This document shows positions 1-13,989 of a stretch of DNA of 64,000 nt, piece after piece. The stretch's first letter is position 1, and every line of letters starts with the position of its first letter. The position numbers were made by a program, and so were the translations under genes. The notes below the pieces were generated by a model, which did no database searches, had not been told where the DNA came from, and worked only from the letters and a program-made list of their open reading frames with translations. This DNA is from Octopus vulgaris. Lineage: Eukaryota. The stretch lies in contig OX597824.1 of the NCBI GenBank assembly GCA_951406725.2, positions 50,902,001 to 50,966,000 of the forward strand, in the 5' to 3' direction.

Positions 1-189
1 CAGTTGGTTCTTTGGTTTAAAGAGGTAGGGAAAAAGATTTAACTGTTTTTTTTTAATTTATTGAATAGCAGCAAATATGTCGGCCATATTGAATAACAGC
101 TAATATATCGGCCATATTAAATCTCCGTACAATTAAAGTAGGTGACTTCCTCTAGTCTTTCATATGTATCACTATTTCTCATGACAATT

Positions 190-1095
190 TATTCTGCATA
201 TCTGTATATATATACATGTCAGCATGTATATATATACGGATGTATTATATATTAGCATGTATATGTATGTAAATATATATGTATTGCATAAAAGCATGTA
301 TGCAAATATTACACACACACACATATATATATAGGTGTGTGTATGTATATACATGTAGTGTGTATAAACATGCCTGTGTATTAATGTATATATATATATA
401 TATTTGTGTGTGTGTATTGCAAAATAAAATGCGTGTATGCGTGTATGTATGCATATATGTGCATATATATGCATATATATGTTCCCACTTTGTATGTATT
501 TTAAGTGTGTATGTAACGTGTGTATATATATATCATGTATTTAAATATGTGTAACGTATGTATGAGAGAGAAAGAAATTGATCGAGAGGTGTGTGTTTTT
601 TTATATATGTAACGTGTATTTATGTGTGTTTGTGTGTGTGCGTATCTGCGATTGTGTACACTAGCGCATAACGGTGTTTGTATGTGTGTGCTTGTTTGCA
701 TGCGTACGTATGTATATAATTCTGCATATCTCTATATATGGTTGTATGTACGTGTATCTGTTAATGTTAATGTATGTGTATGCTTGTAGGTGGGGATGTA
801 AAATTTATTTCCATCCATAGCTAAATGATTCTGTCGATCTTTTAGTTTCTTTTTATTGCTTTTTTCTCAGCTTTGTTTCTATATTTATGTGTATGTGCGT
901 TATTGTCTGTATGTGCATGTGAACTTACGAGAGTCTCTTTGTGTGTGTATGCGTCTATGCTTGAATTTACATCTGTGTTTGTACGCATGTTTATGTATGA
1001 ATGTATATTTTTGCGTATGTGTGTTTGTGTACGAATGTGTATCTATGTGTATGTGTGTCTATGCTTGAATATATATCTGTGTGTTCGTGTGTGAG
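190..1095. repeat. Degenerate (TA)n/(TG)n/(TATG)n microsatellite field
   Basis: Low-complexity dinucleotide-derived sequence; overlapping ORFs are YI/CV/HT repeats. Confidence 0.9.
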
Positions 1096-2064
1096 AGCTT
1101 TACATATTTATTTCCCCTCTTTCATTTGTTCACTTCCTCCTACAAACCTTCAAACATGTTATGTTGTAAAGAGAAACTGTGGAAATCAGAATTAACGATG
1201 AAAGATTTAACAAAATGTCCGCCTCCCGTCATTAATTTAACGCTTAAATCGGCCTCCGTTTTATTTTGTTTTTAATCCGCATGCGTTTCAAGCCAGCTTC
1301 CGGTTTCTGACTGACATTAGCCGAACATTTAAGTGTTTCTATTTGTTTGTTTGTTTGCTTGATCGCTCGTTTGTTTGTTGTTTTCTTGACATAATGTTTA
1401 CACACATTATGCAATACCGTTTGACAACGAGTAAAATGTGACAAGCAGCTGTTTTTTTTCTCTTTCTTGTTTTTAACTTTTTTTTTGAATGAGCCATATA
1501 TGTATTTTAATGCCTGTCTGTGCCTATCCTGTATGCGTGTGTTTTTGCGGGTGAATTTGTTATAAATGCTATGGTTGAATTAAATTAATTCACCGAAGAA
1601 TTAGTGGCGGTTGACAATGGATATCGCTTAGAACAGTGTAAGCTGTATTATAAGCCGTATAAAGCGTTACAATTCAATCTGATCCGATTCCAGAGACGGA
1701 CACTACGGAAAATTTCTCGGAAATTTAGCAAATATATTGAGTTGTCCTTCCTGTTCTAGTTGTCATCGTACAAGTCCTATGCTACCAAACGAGCATACAT
1801 ATAATCGTTCAAGACAATTCTACATTTTGTTTCCAAAAATTTGCATGTAGAACTAATTATCTAATTCATCCGGCAAGGTTTATTTCGAGGGGCGTTTAGC
1901 AGCTATTTCTAGCAGGTTGGCCGAATTCTTCAATTTTCTTTTGTTTAACTGCACTCAAAACCCAATGATACGATGGTCCTCAAGTTCACAAATATTATCT
2001 CCTGCTTCAATATCAGTTAAAATTTTTGTTTTTTCTCCGCATTGCCAATATGTAAAATGTCGAA

Positions 2065-2190
2065 GTGCTGGCAGAATCGTTAGAGCATCGGAAAAATTGC
2101 TTTGTGACATATCTTCCGACATTTTACGTTCTGAGTTGAAATCCCGCCAGTGTCAACTTTTCTTCCAGGAATAAAATAAAATACCAGTGA
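2065..2190 (+). mobile_element. tRNA-derived SINE family B, fragment
   Basis: gctggcagaatcgttag...ttttacgttctgagttgaaatcccgcc matches the copies at 7939, 8163 and, on the minus strand, 5695, 36600, 47550, 48712 and 55910. Confidence 0.75.
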
Positions 2191-2414
2191 AGAACTAACT
2201 CCCCACCTCACGCACCCTACAAAAGTATTTTGGGTCATGTGCTCCAAGTAAAAGATGTTATTAATAGGAAAACAGAAGTTTTCATCTATATTATTCTTTA
2301 TTCGCTCTGCTAATGGAAAAGTTTGAAAGTTCAAAATTAATTTTATGAAACATTTCTTCGGTTGTCAAGCGATAGTGGGAAGAACACAGACACACAAATA
2401 CATATATATCAATA

Positions 2415-3065
2415 TCTATATAGCTGAAATGCGAAAAAGTTGTGTGATTTCTTGGTTATTTGTCTCATGTTGGGATGGGAACGGTTTAAGGGGCGGTAGA
2501 TGGGGTCGGATTGGCACCAAAAGAGGTAAAATAGGGTGGGCAGTGGTGTGAGGAGGGCTGCAAGTCGCTCGGGGCCACCGTTTGGTTGCCATGGTGAGGA
2601 ATATGGGAAAAATTGAGTTTCATGGTATAGACAGGTTGCGCTGTTTGAATAATGGCTTTTCGTGTTGCTGCAGCGACTAGAGGCGGTTATCTTTAATTGT
2701 GGGTGTAAAAATTGGGTGGATTTTGGAAATGGGGGTAAAATTTTTCAACTTTTAAAAAGAGTACATTTTTGCCCTATTTTTAGATTTAATTTTTTTCTGT
2801 TTGCATTATTTGGTTGACATGGGTAAAAATGGCATTGTGTTAAAGGTCAAAATTTTAGCTTTCATTTACATCATGAACCGTCAAAATATACCAGAAAATA
2901 GTATCAAATTTCACAAAATTTTAAGTAATTTTGAAAGATTTTTTTTGTGATTTAAAAAGAACCAGGCAAAGAAGACGAATAAAAGAAGAAAAGGAAAAGG
3001 AGACAACATGCACACAAAAAACACCACCACCAAAACCCGAGCGAAGCATGAGTCAAAAGAGCTAG
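2415..3065 (+). mobile_element. Non-autonomous Helitron-like element
   Basis: Starts A|TCTATATAG. Ends with a subterminal imperfect hairpin (acccgagcgaagcatgagt) and CTAG|T, the canonical Helitron termini. Confidence 0.55.
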
Positions 3066-4868
3066 TCTATTTATATAAAAGTCAATGTCTGTATGTTTGT
3101 GTGTTACTTATAGACTCGAAGACTACTGGACCGATCCTAATGAACACAAAATCCAACACAAAATGCAAGCCTAGGGAGAAGAGTAATGCCGTATGTTTCA
3201 TACAATTTTGAGGGGGCATAAAGCGGGGCAGAACCCCACGTGAAAATTCATATTCTTCGGATTTTGATGAAATTTGAACCATAGATATTAGAAATAAATT
3301 TTTAAATATATTCAAATTTTCCATTTCTTTGGATGATTCTAAGACCTCCTAATGGGACCTTAACCCCCAAATTTTAGTCATTTTTCATAGACCAAAATTA
3401 CTGAATGGATCCTTACGACTTTGGAACTTAGATTCAATGCATATGGGCGGGTATAATGTAGTATGTTTGGGTTGAATTTGAGTGGGGCTAAAAGGGTGCA
3501 GAAGCCCCCATGAAAATTCATAAATTTCAACCGTAGGTAATTGATACAAATCAAGAAGTATTACCAAAGTTTCTACTTCCCATGAGGATTCAAGAACCCC
3601 TAATGGGGGCCTTAACTCCTACATTTTGGTTACTTTTTATGATCCAAAACAAGGTCAAAAGTACTGAATGGATCTTTATGAAATTTGGAAATTATATTCT
3701 ATGCATAAGGGCGGATGTAGTGCATTATATATTTGGAAGTGAAGGTCATAAATAAGGCCATAACCTCCATGAACATTAATGTATTTTGCTGAAATTTTAA
3801 CCATAGCTATTAGATACAAATGAAACAATATTCCTAAAATTTCAACTTCTTACGAGGTTAGTAAAACCCCTTAACGGCGGCTTAACTCCCACAATTTAGT
3901 CATTTTTCCAAAGCCAAGACTAATACAACTGTAGTCTTGGAAGCTGTAGAATCACCCGAGCATACAAGATGAGTGTTATTTGTAATTCAATGCTACAACA
4001 GTGTAAGAGTTTGCTTTGAGATATACTTAGATTCTGATTTCTGCAAAGTGGTACATAAATTGTCAAATAAAGGAGAGGCATCTTTGCCTCCACTTATTTA
4101 GTTGAGTAAAGTTACTTGGTTGCAGACCTCCTGGGTCAGAGATAATCCTCAGATGGTAACATTGATTTCAAGGCCTTTCCAGTTAAGTGATTGGTCATTC
4201 AAAGAGATTTATAGACTGCAAATTTATTCTGTTCATTTACTTATCGGCATAGTGATCATTGGTAAACCCCAGATGTGACACTTTCATTTCCTCTTAGGCC
4301 TCACGTCACAGAGTTGTTAATGTTTATTTGAGTTGGGTCACGCCCTTCCAATTGCTATAGATCCGTAATGCATCTTACGACTGTTCCAGTCACCTGTTTG
4401 TTGAGAAATCCTACAGCGGGTAGTGGTAACGACTAGGGTTGGGTAGCTGACTGCTTATTATGATCATTCAGTTTTTGGTTTCCTCTAGCTCTCTTTTACA
4501 AACCCAGTGAACATTCATATATTTCCGATTTCAAAGAAATTTGAGCAATAGATATTAGACACAAGTTAAAAAAGATACCCAACAATTTAACTTCTCTGGT
4601 TGACATTAAGATCCACCCCTAATAGGGGCCTTAACTCCTACATTTTAGAGCTCCATGTGCTCCATTTTTCAGGAGCAAGAACTTTGAATAGGCTTTATAA
4701 GATTATAAGATTTGGACTTTGAAATCTGTAAATGAGTAGTGTGGGATAAATATGTTATGATTAGAATTTTTGTTAGGGTATGTAAAGAGGGAAAGAACTT
4801 CAATTAAAATTCTTTATCACTGATTTTGATGAAATGCGAATCATAGGTATTCCGGTTCATTAGAGAAA

Positions 4869-4870
<2 letters not shown>
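3066..4870 (+). mobile_element. Second Helitron-like element with internal ~250-270 bp tandem repeats
   Basis: 5' TCTATTTATATAAAAG...tgtctgtatg...ggaccgatc resembles the Helitron head at 51189. Motif cctaatgggg..ccttaactcc recurs at ~3348, 3598, 3868 and 4616. Motif gattttgatgaaattt recurs at ~3260, 3781, 4528 and 4822. The 3' end was not found. Confidence 0.55.
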
Positions 4871-4951
<81 letters not shown>

Positions 4952-4952
4952 A

Positions 4953-5012
<60 letters not shown>

Positions 5013-5150
5013 TATACGACGGGCTTCTTTCAGTTTTCGTCTACCAAATCCACCCACAAGGCTTTGGTCGACTTGAGGTTATAGTAGAAGGCACTTGTCC
5101 AAGGTGCCACACACTGAAGCAAGCTACTTACCACAGAGCCACTCCTGCAA

Positions 5151-5237
<87 letters not shown>

Positions 5238-5246
5238 GATAGATTG

Positions 5247-5283
<37 letters not shown>

Positions 5284-5325
5284 CATACATACATACATAC
5301 ATACATACATACATACATACATACA

Positions 5326-5355
<30 letters not shown>
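4870..5355. repeat. Compound (TCTA)n/(TA)n/(TAGA)n/(CATA)n microsatellites around a SINE-A head (5016-5147, minus)
   Basis: Direct reading; cttctttcagttttcgtctaccaaatcc...ctacttaccacagagccactcc is the reverse complement of the SINE-A head. Confidence 0.9.
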
Positions 5356-5357
<2 letters not shown>

Positions 5358-5694
5358 AATAATATGGGTGGCTTATTAGCAACTTAACAACCTAAGGCAA
5401 GTTTATAGACATCACTAATGTGACAGGACGTGCTAAGTGGTACAAGAGTAAAAACAACTCAATAGTCACTGAAGCACTATCTTAATGACTGAAAGAGGAG
5501 ACCAGCTCCCTAGCGAACATAGCCAAAACACCAGTGATTTTGAATTTTGGTGCAGAACATTTTAATTCTCATCGGTTGCTCTTACCACGCCTAGGGTTAA
5601 ATTCAACTCACCGTGTCAGCTTATAAGAAAACCGTTGAACACATACACTAATTTCAAATATATATATAAAATAATTTCAAATATATATATAAAG

Positions 5695-5905
5695 TGATTT
5701 CAAATTTTGACTCACGGTCAGAATTTTCAGGAAGTAGGTAAATTGATTAGATCAACCCCAGTGCTCAACAGGTACTTATTTTATTGACCCCATAAGAATT
5801 AAAGGCAAAATCAACCTCAGCAGAATTTGAACTCAGAACGTAACTACGGACCAAATGTCGCTAAACATTTTGCCCGGCGTGCTACCGAATCTGCCCGCCA
5901 GTCGC
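5695..5905 (-). mobile_element. SINE family B copy
   Basis: aatcaacctcagcagaatttgaactcagaacgtaa...attttgcccggcgtgctaccgaatctgcc is the reverse complement of the family B head. Confidence 0.8.
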
Positions 5906-6039
5906 CCTATGCATGTTTGCATAATATGCATGTATGTACGTTGAATATATTTATACGTATATACATTCCATACAAATACACACATAACGCGCGCGCGCAT
6001 ACACACACACACATACATACGCATATACACACGTACACT

Positions 6040-6077
<38 letters not shown>

Positions 6078-6706
6078 CACATAAATTTGTAGTGGCCGAA
6101 CGCCCAACTGAGTACTCATTAGTTTGAATACATATGTGCATGTGTGTGTGTTTATGCATGCGTGAGTGTGTGTGTATGTGTGCATATGAGTGTGTGTGTG
6201 TGTGTGTATGTGTGTATGTCTGTGTGCGTGGTTGTGTTTTATGATTGCAGGTGGGGGGGGGGAAATAGCAAAAATAAAAGCATGAGGTGAATTTGCTGTG
6301 TAACATTCGATCTATGTGTCTATGATGGAATTCTAAACTACAACATAGTCTTCATGCTAAGAAACGATTAGACAGTTATTTGTGAGATACGGGTTGCTAT
6401 GTTAGTGTCTGGAAAGAGAGGGAGAGAGATAGAGTGAGAGAAACGGAGAGAGAAAGGGAAGTAGACAGAGAGACAAAGATATAATGAGTAAAGAGAATGA
6501 ATATGAACGGGAGTGGGGTGGGGAAGAGGAATGTAAGTTAGAGTGATTGAAAGGGGTGTGCAGAAAATGGAATAATGTTGCTTATGATGATGATGATGAA
6601 GAGGAGGGGAGGAGGAGGGGAGGAGAAGGAGGGAGGAGGTTTGTGTAATGAGGATGAAAAAGAAAACAATAGGTCGGAAGATAAGAGGAAGAGGGGGGAT
6701 CTGAAG

Positions 6707-6779
<73 letters not shown>

Positions 6780-7312
6780 GTGAAAAGAAAATGAATAAGA
6801 AAGAAGATGCGGAAGAATAGGAAAAGAAGACAGAGTGGAGGTAGGTGGTGAGAAGTTGGAGAAGTCAGAAGACAAGAAATATGAAGGTGCTTTGGAAAGG
6901 AATATGTCTGTCTGTAGCAGGCAGTGATGCGATGATGGTGGTGGTAGTGGTGAGGATGCAAGGCTATATGCAGAGGCAAGTGTGGTGTTGGAGATGGCGT
7001 AGATATTTTTGCCGCCAGCGGATGTCCTGTTGCGGCTGTTTTTCTTGGTGAATGCATAGATAAAGACGTCTTGTCATCAGCATAGATCTTAAATTGACTT
7101 ATTTGCTGAAGACAGCAATAAATAGTCCATTAATTCATTTGCCCTGACTAAACCAGCCAATTGACGAACTAATTGATGAGTGTCGTGTCAACCGGATCGA
7201 CGTGGCAGCTTCCGATTTGCTTAAATGATGTATCGTTTGGGAGAGTAGCTTTTGTGACGACACCTCCGGAAGTCAACGGAAAGATACGAGTCCTTTTTCT
7301 TGTTCACTCTGC

Positions 7313-7405
<93 letters not shown>

Positions 7406-7938
7406 GTCTCTCTATCTCTCATACATTCATTCTTTATCTCTCTTTTGTGTCTTCTTGTCTCCTATATATCTGTTTCTATCTTTCTCATCCACTCTCCAGT
7501 TATAAGTCTCTCTTCTTTCATTCATTCATTCAGTCATTCATCTCTCTCCACTGCACTTGTTTTATGCATACGTATGAATATGTGTGTGTATGTATGTATG
7601 TATGTATGTATGTATGTATGTACTTGCACTCACACACACACACACACACACATTCACACACTCAGATACACACACGTATAGAAATTTTCGGTACGTTTTC
7701 TTCATCCACACATACTTTCTAGTGAATTTGCTTTTTTATATATCTTATAAAATATATCTATGTAGTAACAAACAAATGTATGCGACTGCGGTTATCTCTC
7801 TTCATCATCATTATCCTCACCAGTAATAACATTCTCATTTCTTATTATCTGTTGTAGAAGTTTTAATAGTATTACGGAGGCAATGTTGCCTTAGTTGAAG
7901 TTGTATGCCAATTTTAGATTCCAGTATAGACTGAATTT

Positions 7939-8275
7939 AAGACGGCGTGCTGGTGAAATCGTTACCGCATCGGGCAAATTGCTAAGTGCCATTTCGTCCG
8001 TCTTTACATTTTGACTTCCGTTGAGGTCGACTTTACATTTCATCCTTCCATGTTCGATAAAATAAGTATCAGCCAAGCATTGACGTTGATATGGTCGACT
8101 ATCTTCCTCCCCACAACATTTCAGGCCTTGTGTCTAGAACGAAAAATGATTATTATCGTTATTAAGTTAGCGAGCTGGCAGAATCGTTAGCACCTTGGAC
8201 AAAATGCTCAGAAGTTTTCTTCCGGCTCTTTGCATTTCAAATTCATCTGAGATCGATTACAGCTTTCATCTTATC
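7939..8275 (+). mobile_element. Two tandem SINE family B copies (tRNA-like head plus Nin/Deu-like core)
   Basis: Heads at 7939 and 8163; core gaggtcgactttacatttcatccttccatgttcgataaaataagta resembles the Nin/Deu SINE core domain. Confidence 0.75.
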
Positions 8276-8295
8276 TGTATGAGTGTTGTTTATCT

Positions 8296-8683
8296 TTTAT
8301 TTCGTATCAGTTTCAGTCATTAGACTGCGGCCGTGCTGAAACATCGTCTTGAAGAACTTTTAGTCGAATGAATCGATCCCAGTTTATATATGTCTTATGC
8401 CTGGTACTTATTCTATCGGTCTGTTAATGCCGAACAGCTACGTTATATGGACGTAAACAAGCCAATACCAGTTGCCAAGCAGTGGCGAAGGGGATAAACA
8501 CAGACATAAAGACATACACACATGGATATACGACAGCCTTCTTGCAGTTTTCGTCTACCACATCCTCTCACAAGGCATTGGTTGGCCTGAGGTTATGGTA
8601 GGTGACACTTGGCCAAAGTGCCATGCAGTGAGGCTGAGCCTTGAAGAATGTGGTTGGGAAGCAAACTTCTTAACTACACAGCT
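8296..8683 (-). mobile_element. SINE family A, near full length, degenerate
   Basis: Tail tttcagtcattagactgcggcc, short CA tract, then head ttttcgtctacca...gtgccatgcagtg...taactacacagc; same layout as 60664-61140. Confidence 0.8.
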
Positions 8684-9143
8684 ACGATTGTTTATATTTT
8701 TTCTACAAAGATGCCACTGTAAACAAAGACAAAACTGTTGCCTCTGGCATTATTTCGGAGCTAACCACTTCGGAGCTTGCTTCAATACTGTCGCTTATTA
8801 CATGGACCACATTTGTTCGTTTAAGTGATGAAATAGATGAACATTTAGTTTCTTTCTCTCGTTGAATCTTCACTTTGGAGCCACTCTCCTAAGTGGTAAT
8901 TTTTCACATTCTTGGTGTCGCTGTGGAGCAGTTCATGTGATGGCTTTTCTTCTAGTTCTTCTATTCTTTCACAAATTACTCTGTTTTGGTTCGCTTTCTT
9001 CTCATCAAGTTCAGCACAAGTAAGTTCTAATTTTATTGCATGTTTAAGAAGCAACTTTGCATTATGTATATGTACGTGTGTGTGTGTGTTATGTGTGTGT
9101 GTGCATATGTATTATGTGTGTGTATGTCTACAAATCTATATAT

Positions 9144-9188
<45 letters not shown>

Positions 9189-9339
9189 TGAATGTGTGTG
9201 TATATATACATATATATATATATATATAGTTCCGGGTTCAAGTCGCACTGCGTGGCATTTGGGCAAGTGTCTTCTACTATAGCGTCGGGTCGACCAAAGC
9301 TTTGTGAGTGTATTTGGTAGACTGAAAGAAGCCCTTCGT

Positions 9340-9481
<142 letters not shown>

Positions 9482-9804
9482 CGAAAGTGAGTGAGACCGA
9501 GAGAAAATGAGAGGGAAAGAGTCTAGGAGCTAGTGAGAGAGAGAAGGCAAGTAAGAAGAAAAGAAGAAAAGAGTCTTGAACATAAAATGATAGAGAAACA
9601 GCGGAGGGTAGAACGAGTGAAAGAAAGCGGGAAGGTAATGGAAGAAAGCATGTAAAATTCTTTGAAGACATAAATAGGAACAGAATAAGAAAACAGTTGA
9701 ACAGGGACGATGAGTGATAACAGTGAAGAGGGGAACGCCAAAGCTATTGCATGATTATATCTATAGACGAGTGTGTGTGAGTGCGAGTAGGTATGTATGT
9801 GTGT

Positions 9805-9876
<72 letters not shown>

Positions 9877-9891
9877 GTATGTGTGTGTGTG

Positions 9892-9956
<65 letters not shown>

Positions 9957-9958
<2 letters not shown>

Positions 9959-10203
9959 AGGCGCGAGGTTTAGTGGTTAGGGTATCAGCATCATGATCGT
10001 AAGATTGTGGTTTCGATTCCGGGACCGGGCGACGCGCTGTGTTCTTGAGCAAAACACTTCATTTCACGTTGCTCCAGTCCACTGCTAGTAAAAATGAGTT
10101 ACGCTGCGATGGACTGGCGTCCCGTCCAGCTAGGGAACACATACGCCATAGAAACCGGGAAACCGGGCCCATGAACCTGGCTAGGCTATAAAAGGACGCA
10201 TTT
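9957..10203 (+). mobile_element. tRNA-derived V-SINE-like element
   Basis: A box (ggtttagtggttag), B box (gtttcgattcc), then ctgcgatggactggcgtcccgtccag, which resembles the V-domain of V-SINEs. Confidence 0.7.
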
Positions 10204-10450
10204 ATCATTATTATATATCTTTATCTCTTATCTATGTCAGTCATTAGACTACGGCCGGGCAGGGGCAGCATCTTGAAGAATTTTTAGTTGAATGAATCAA
10301 TCCCAGTACTTTTTTTAATGTCTGATACTTATTTTATTGGTCTCTTTTTGCAAAACCGCATCGTTACGAAAATATAAACAAACAACACAGGTTATCGAGC
10401 GGTTGTATCAAACAGAGATACACACATACATATATACGTATATATATGTA

Positions 10451-10541
<91 letters not shown>

Positions 10542-10555
10542 TATATATATATACG

Positions 10556-10587
<32 letters not shown>

Positions 10588-10608
10588 TATATACGTATAT
10601 ATATATAC

Positions 10609-10665
<57 letters not shown>

Positions 10666-10668
<3 letters not shown>

Positions 10669-10856
10669 AGAGTTTACGAAAAAAACAAAAGACGAAGACA
10701 GGTGGTTATAAAACAAACAGATGTATTAGTATAACGCTCAGGAATAGAAAAAAGTATTTTACGTTTCGAACCTACGCTCTTCTACAGAAAGGGACACAGA
10801 AAAAAATAAGGAGAGAAAAAATGTGTGTAGTGGCTAACTATCTATCAAGGGGACTC

Positions 10857-10858
<2 letters not shown>
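10666..10858 (-). mobile_element. ~200 bp HHR-bearing repeat (PLE terminal-repeat-like) in a (TA)n array
   Basis: Reverse complement of 19523-19730; HHR-like motif at 10756-10791; (TA)n on both sides. Confidence 0.7.
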
Positions 10859-10914
<56 letters not shown>

Positions 10915-10939
10915 ATGTATATATATAAATAAAATAAAA

Positions 10940-11228
10940 TAAAAATGCACACACGTTATATAGTTTTGATATATTTTTTCAATATATTTTATATAGTGTT
11001 TGTCGACCGATTTCGCTTTCGCTAATCATGACATTGAAATTATTATAATTTCGTATTTACTTAAGAAGATTTTAGTTCATTTTATGTGCGGAGTTCATGA
11101 ATTAATGATTAAACAAGTAGAAAAATCTAAGGGGAGGTAATTGGTGGTCGTTATTATTGGGGAAAGGGGAGGTAATTGTTCATCTTTCGGGGAAGGGATA
11201 AATATACACAGAAACTCAAAAGCTAAAG
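10940..11228 (-). mobile_element. Solo 3' terminal repeat of the PLE family at 49.6-52.8 kb
   Basis: Aligns by eye with 49633-49905 (tgtttgtcgacc...ctaatcatgacattgaaat...tctaaggggaggtaattgg...tcatctttcgggga). Confidence 0.8.
11001..11033 (-). ncRNA. Minimal type-I hammerhead ribozyme, A3-U8 core variant
   Basis: Reverse complement reads TGTC ATGATTA GC-GAAA-GC GAAA TCGG TC GACA. Confidence 0.6.
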
Positions 11229-11229
11229 A

Positions 11230-11467
11230 GGTCCCAAATGATGAAAAAATTAATATGAGAGGTATAGAAAGAATAGCAAAGTACCAGGACCTGGCCATTG
11301 AATTACAGAGGCTATGGAAAATGGGGGTAAAATGTATCCCAGTAAGTATAGGTGCATTGGGAACTATCCCTAAATATCTCTACAGATGGATAGAGGAAAT
11401 GGGCATAAAACCCAGTTTAGCACAGCTCCAGAGAACAAAGTTATTAAAGACAACTAGGATACTAAAG
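11230..11467 (+). mobile_element. R4/Dong-like LINE 3' fragment (RLE domain end)
   Basis: VPNDEKINMRGIERIAKYQDLAIELQRLWKMGVKCIPVSIGALGTIP, an RLE C-terminal motif. Confidence 0.8.
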
Positions 11468-11488
11468 ATACTATTATTATTATCATCA

Positions 11489-11570
<82 letters not shown>

Positions 11571-11599
11571 CATCATCATCATCATCATCGTCATCATTA

Positions 11600-12360
11600 T
11601 TATTTCACTAGGGCCGACATATAGGGACGATACATTAGACATGGACAGTGGGGATTTTACACAGAAACAACGATTACACAATCGTGTAACAAAAGAATAT
11701 AATAATGAAAGTTCCCCAATAGGGGTGGAAGGTAACCACCTGGAGTTGGCTCAGGTACCCCACCAATCCTGAATCACTCGACGCTTCGAGGGTTTCTGGG
11801 AAGAACAACCTTCTCAAATACACTAGCCTACAGGCGCATTATAAGAGTAGATTCACTTACACGTACCATTTTTGCTTCGTTCATCCACCTTTTAGAAAAT
11901 GTACTGGGAGGCAGCACTTCTCTCTTCCACCCTCATCTTCCTTTCCAAATTAAATTTGAAAGAATTAGATGACCCTAAGCGGTTGGTCCAGGTCTACACT
12001 GGCTCATTAGGGAAATGTCGTCAGTACCTGTCAAACAGTTGGGACTGGCTGTTCAGGTGCTTGAAGCTTTTGCACCCCTCTCTTCTATCAGCTACTCCTA
12101 CACAATCCCAGAATTGATCCAAGATTCCGTTCCAGTCCCCTACTAACAGTAAAGGGCGAGACGTACATAGAAAGTCTTCCAGACGCCTAAAGAAAGCTGT
12201 CTGATTGGCTACGGTAGGATCGTAGACGACCACCTTCACTGTTGCTGACGTTCAGAACCACCAACTTTCCGTTCGGGTCCCGGAAGATCGACTTTACCTC
12301 GAGATCCAGTTCTTTTCTAAACAGCATTGCCACTCCACCTTCCATTCCCGGCCGACTAAC
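11600..12360 (-). mobile_element. L1/Tx1-like LINE remnant (APE endonuclease fragment)
   Basis: Minus-strand GVAMLFRKELDLEVKSIFRDPNGKLVVLNV and VYDPTVANQTAFFRRLEDFL...LLLVGDWNGILD, with the APE motifs GVA and GDWN. Left boundary uncertain. Confidence 0.7.
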
Positions 12361-12419
12361 AGATGCTGTTAGTGTTTCTGCTACTATTGTTGTTACTGCT
12401 CATCAAAGAGCCAAGGTGT

Positions 12420-13255
12420 TATCTTGGCTGCTCAAGATCAGAGCTTACTGACCCGGAAGTACGAAGCCAATGTCATGAAAAATGGAGTAGACCCAAAGTG
12501 CCGATACTGCAACGATAAGATCGAAACAGTGGACCACCTAATCTCTGGGTGTACAGTTGTAGCACCGGTAGAGTACAAATCAAGACATGACAGAGTTGGC
12601 TAATATCTACACTGGATAATGCATCGGCATTATAAAATCAAAACGGATGACAAATGGTACAAACGCCACCCTGAGGCTATAACTGAGGGGGAAATGTAAT
12701 GATCTTTGGGACTTAACAGTACACACAGACCGAAGCATCAAAGCTAATAAACCAGATATTGTTGTGAAAGGCTAAAACAATAAAATATATTTATTGATTG
12801 ACATGAGCATACCTTGTGATCATACCTCGGCAAAAGAATTTGGTAAGCTCAGAAAATAAGATGTGCTCATAGAAATCGAAAAAATGTGGTATCTCAAGAC
12901 GGTTACAATACCAGTGATTATAGGAGCACTTGGAATGAGGAACTGAAATTTATTTGAGGATGATCCCATGCAGGAAGTGCAAAAGATTGCCTCAACTGGT
13001 AGGTCACGCGTATTGAGAAGAGCATTGTCACTGTGAATTTTCTTTCCTTTTTGCCATATATTTTCTGTGTTTTCTTTTTCATTTTAGCTTTTTTCCTTAT
13101 TTCCTTTTTCTATCTGTCTTTCCTCCCCTTCTATTCTTACACATGGCTCTGTAAATGAACAATCTGGTGTGTTTATTTTGATGGCCTACCAATGTATACA
13201 GTGAACTTCTTTGCCCTAGTTGTTCGAAAGACACTCGGCAAGAAATGGAAACAAA
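12420..13255 (+). mobile_element. Degenerate R4/Dong-like LINE 3' fragment (CCHC knuckle, RLE, 3' UTR) ending in (TAA)n
   Basis: AAQDQSLLTR...PKCRYCNDKIETVDHLISGC...RHDRVG...ANKPDIVV with stops and frameshifts. Confidence 0.85.
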
Positions 13256-13266
13256 ATTAAAAGAAG

Positions 13267-13988
<722 letters not shown>

Positions 13989-13989
13989 A

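Noticed and set aside
58-120. 28-bp direct repeats as a CRISPR-like array
   Set aside because: Only two adjacent units with no spacers, in a eukaryotic context; a simple tandem duplication.
6368-7057. 229-aa minus-strand ORF
   Set aside because: It is built from purine-rich low-complexity sequence and (ATT)n/(AAT)n, with no recognisable domain.
8845-9054. 69-aa charged ORF as a host exon
   Set aside because: No convincing splice context or domain; it may be a decayed LINE fragment, which I cannot confirm.
9960-10032. tRNA gene
   Set aside because: The acceptor and D stems are imperfect and it continues into a SINE body, so it is a SINE head.
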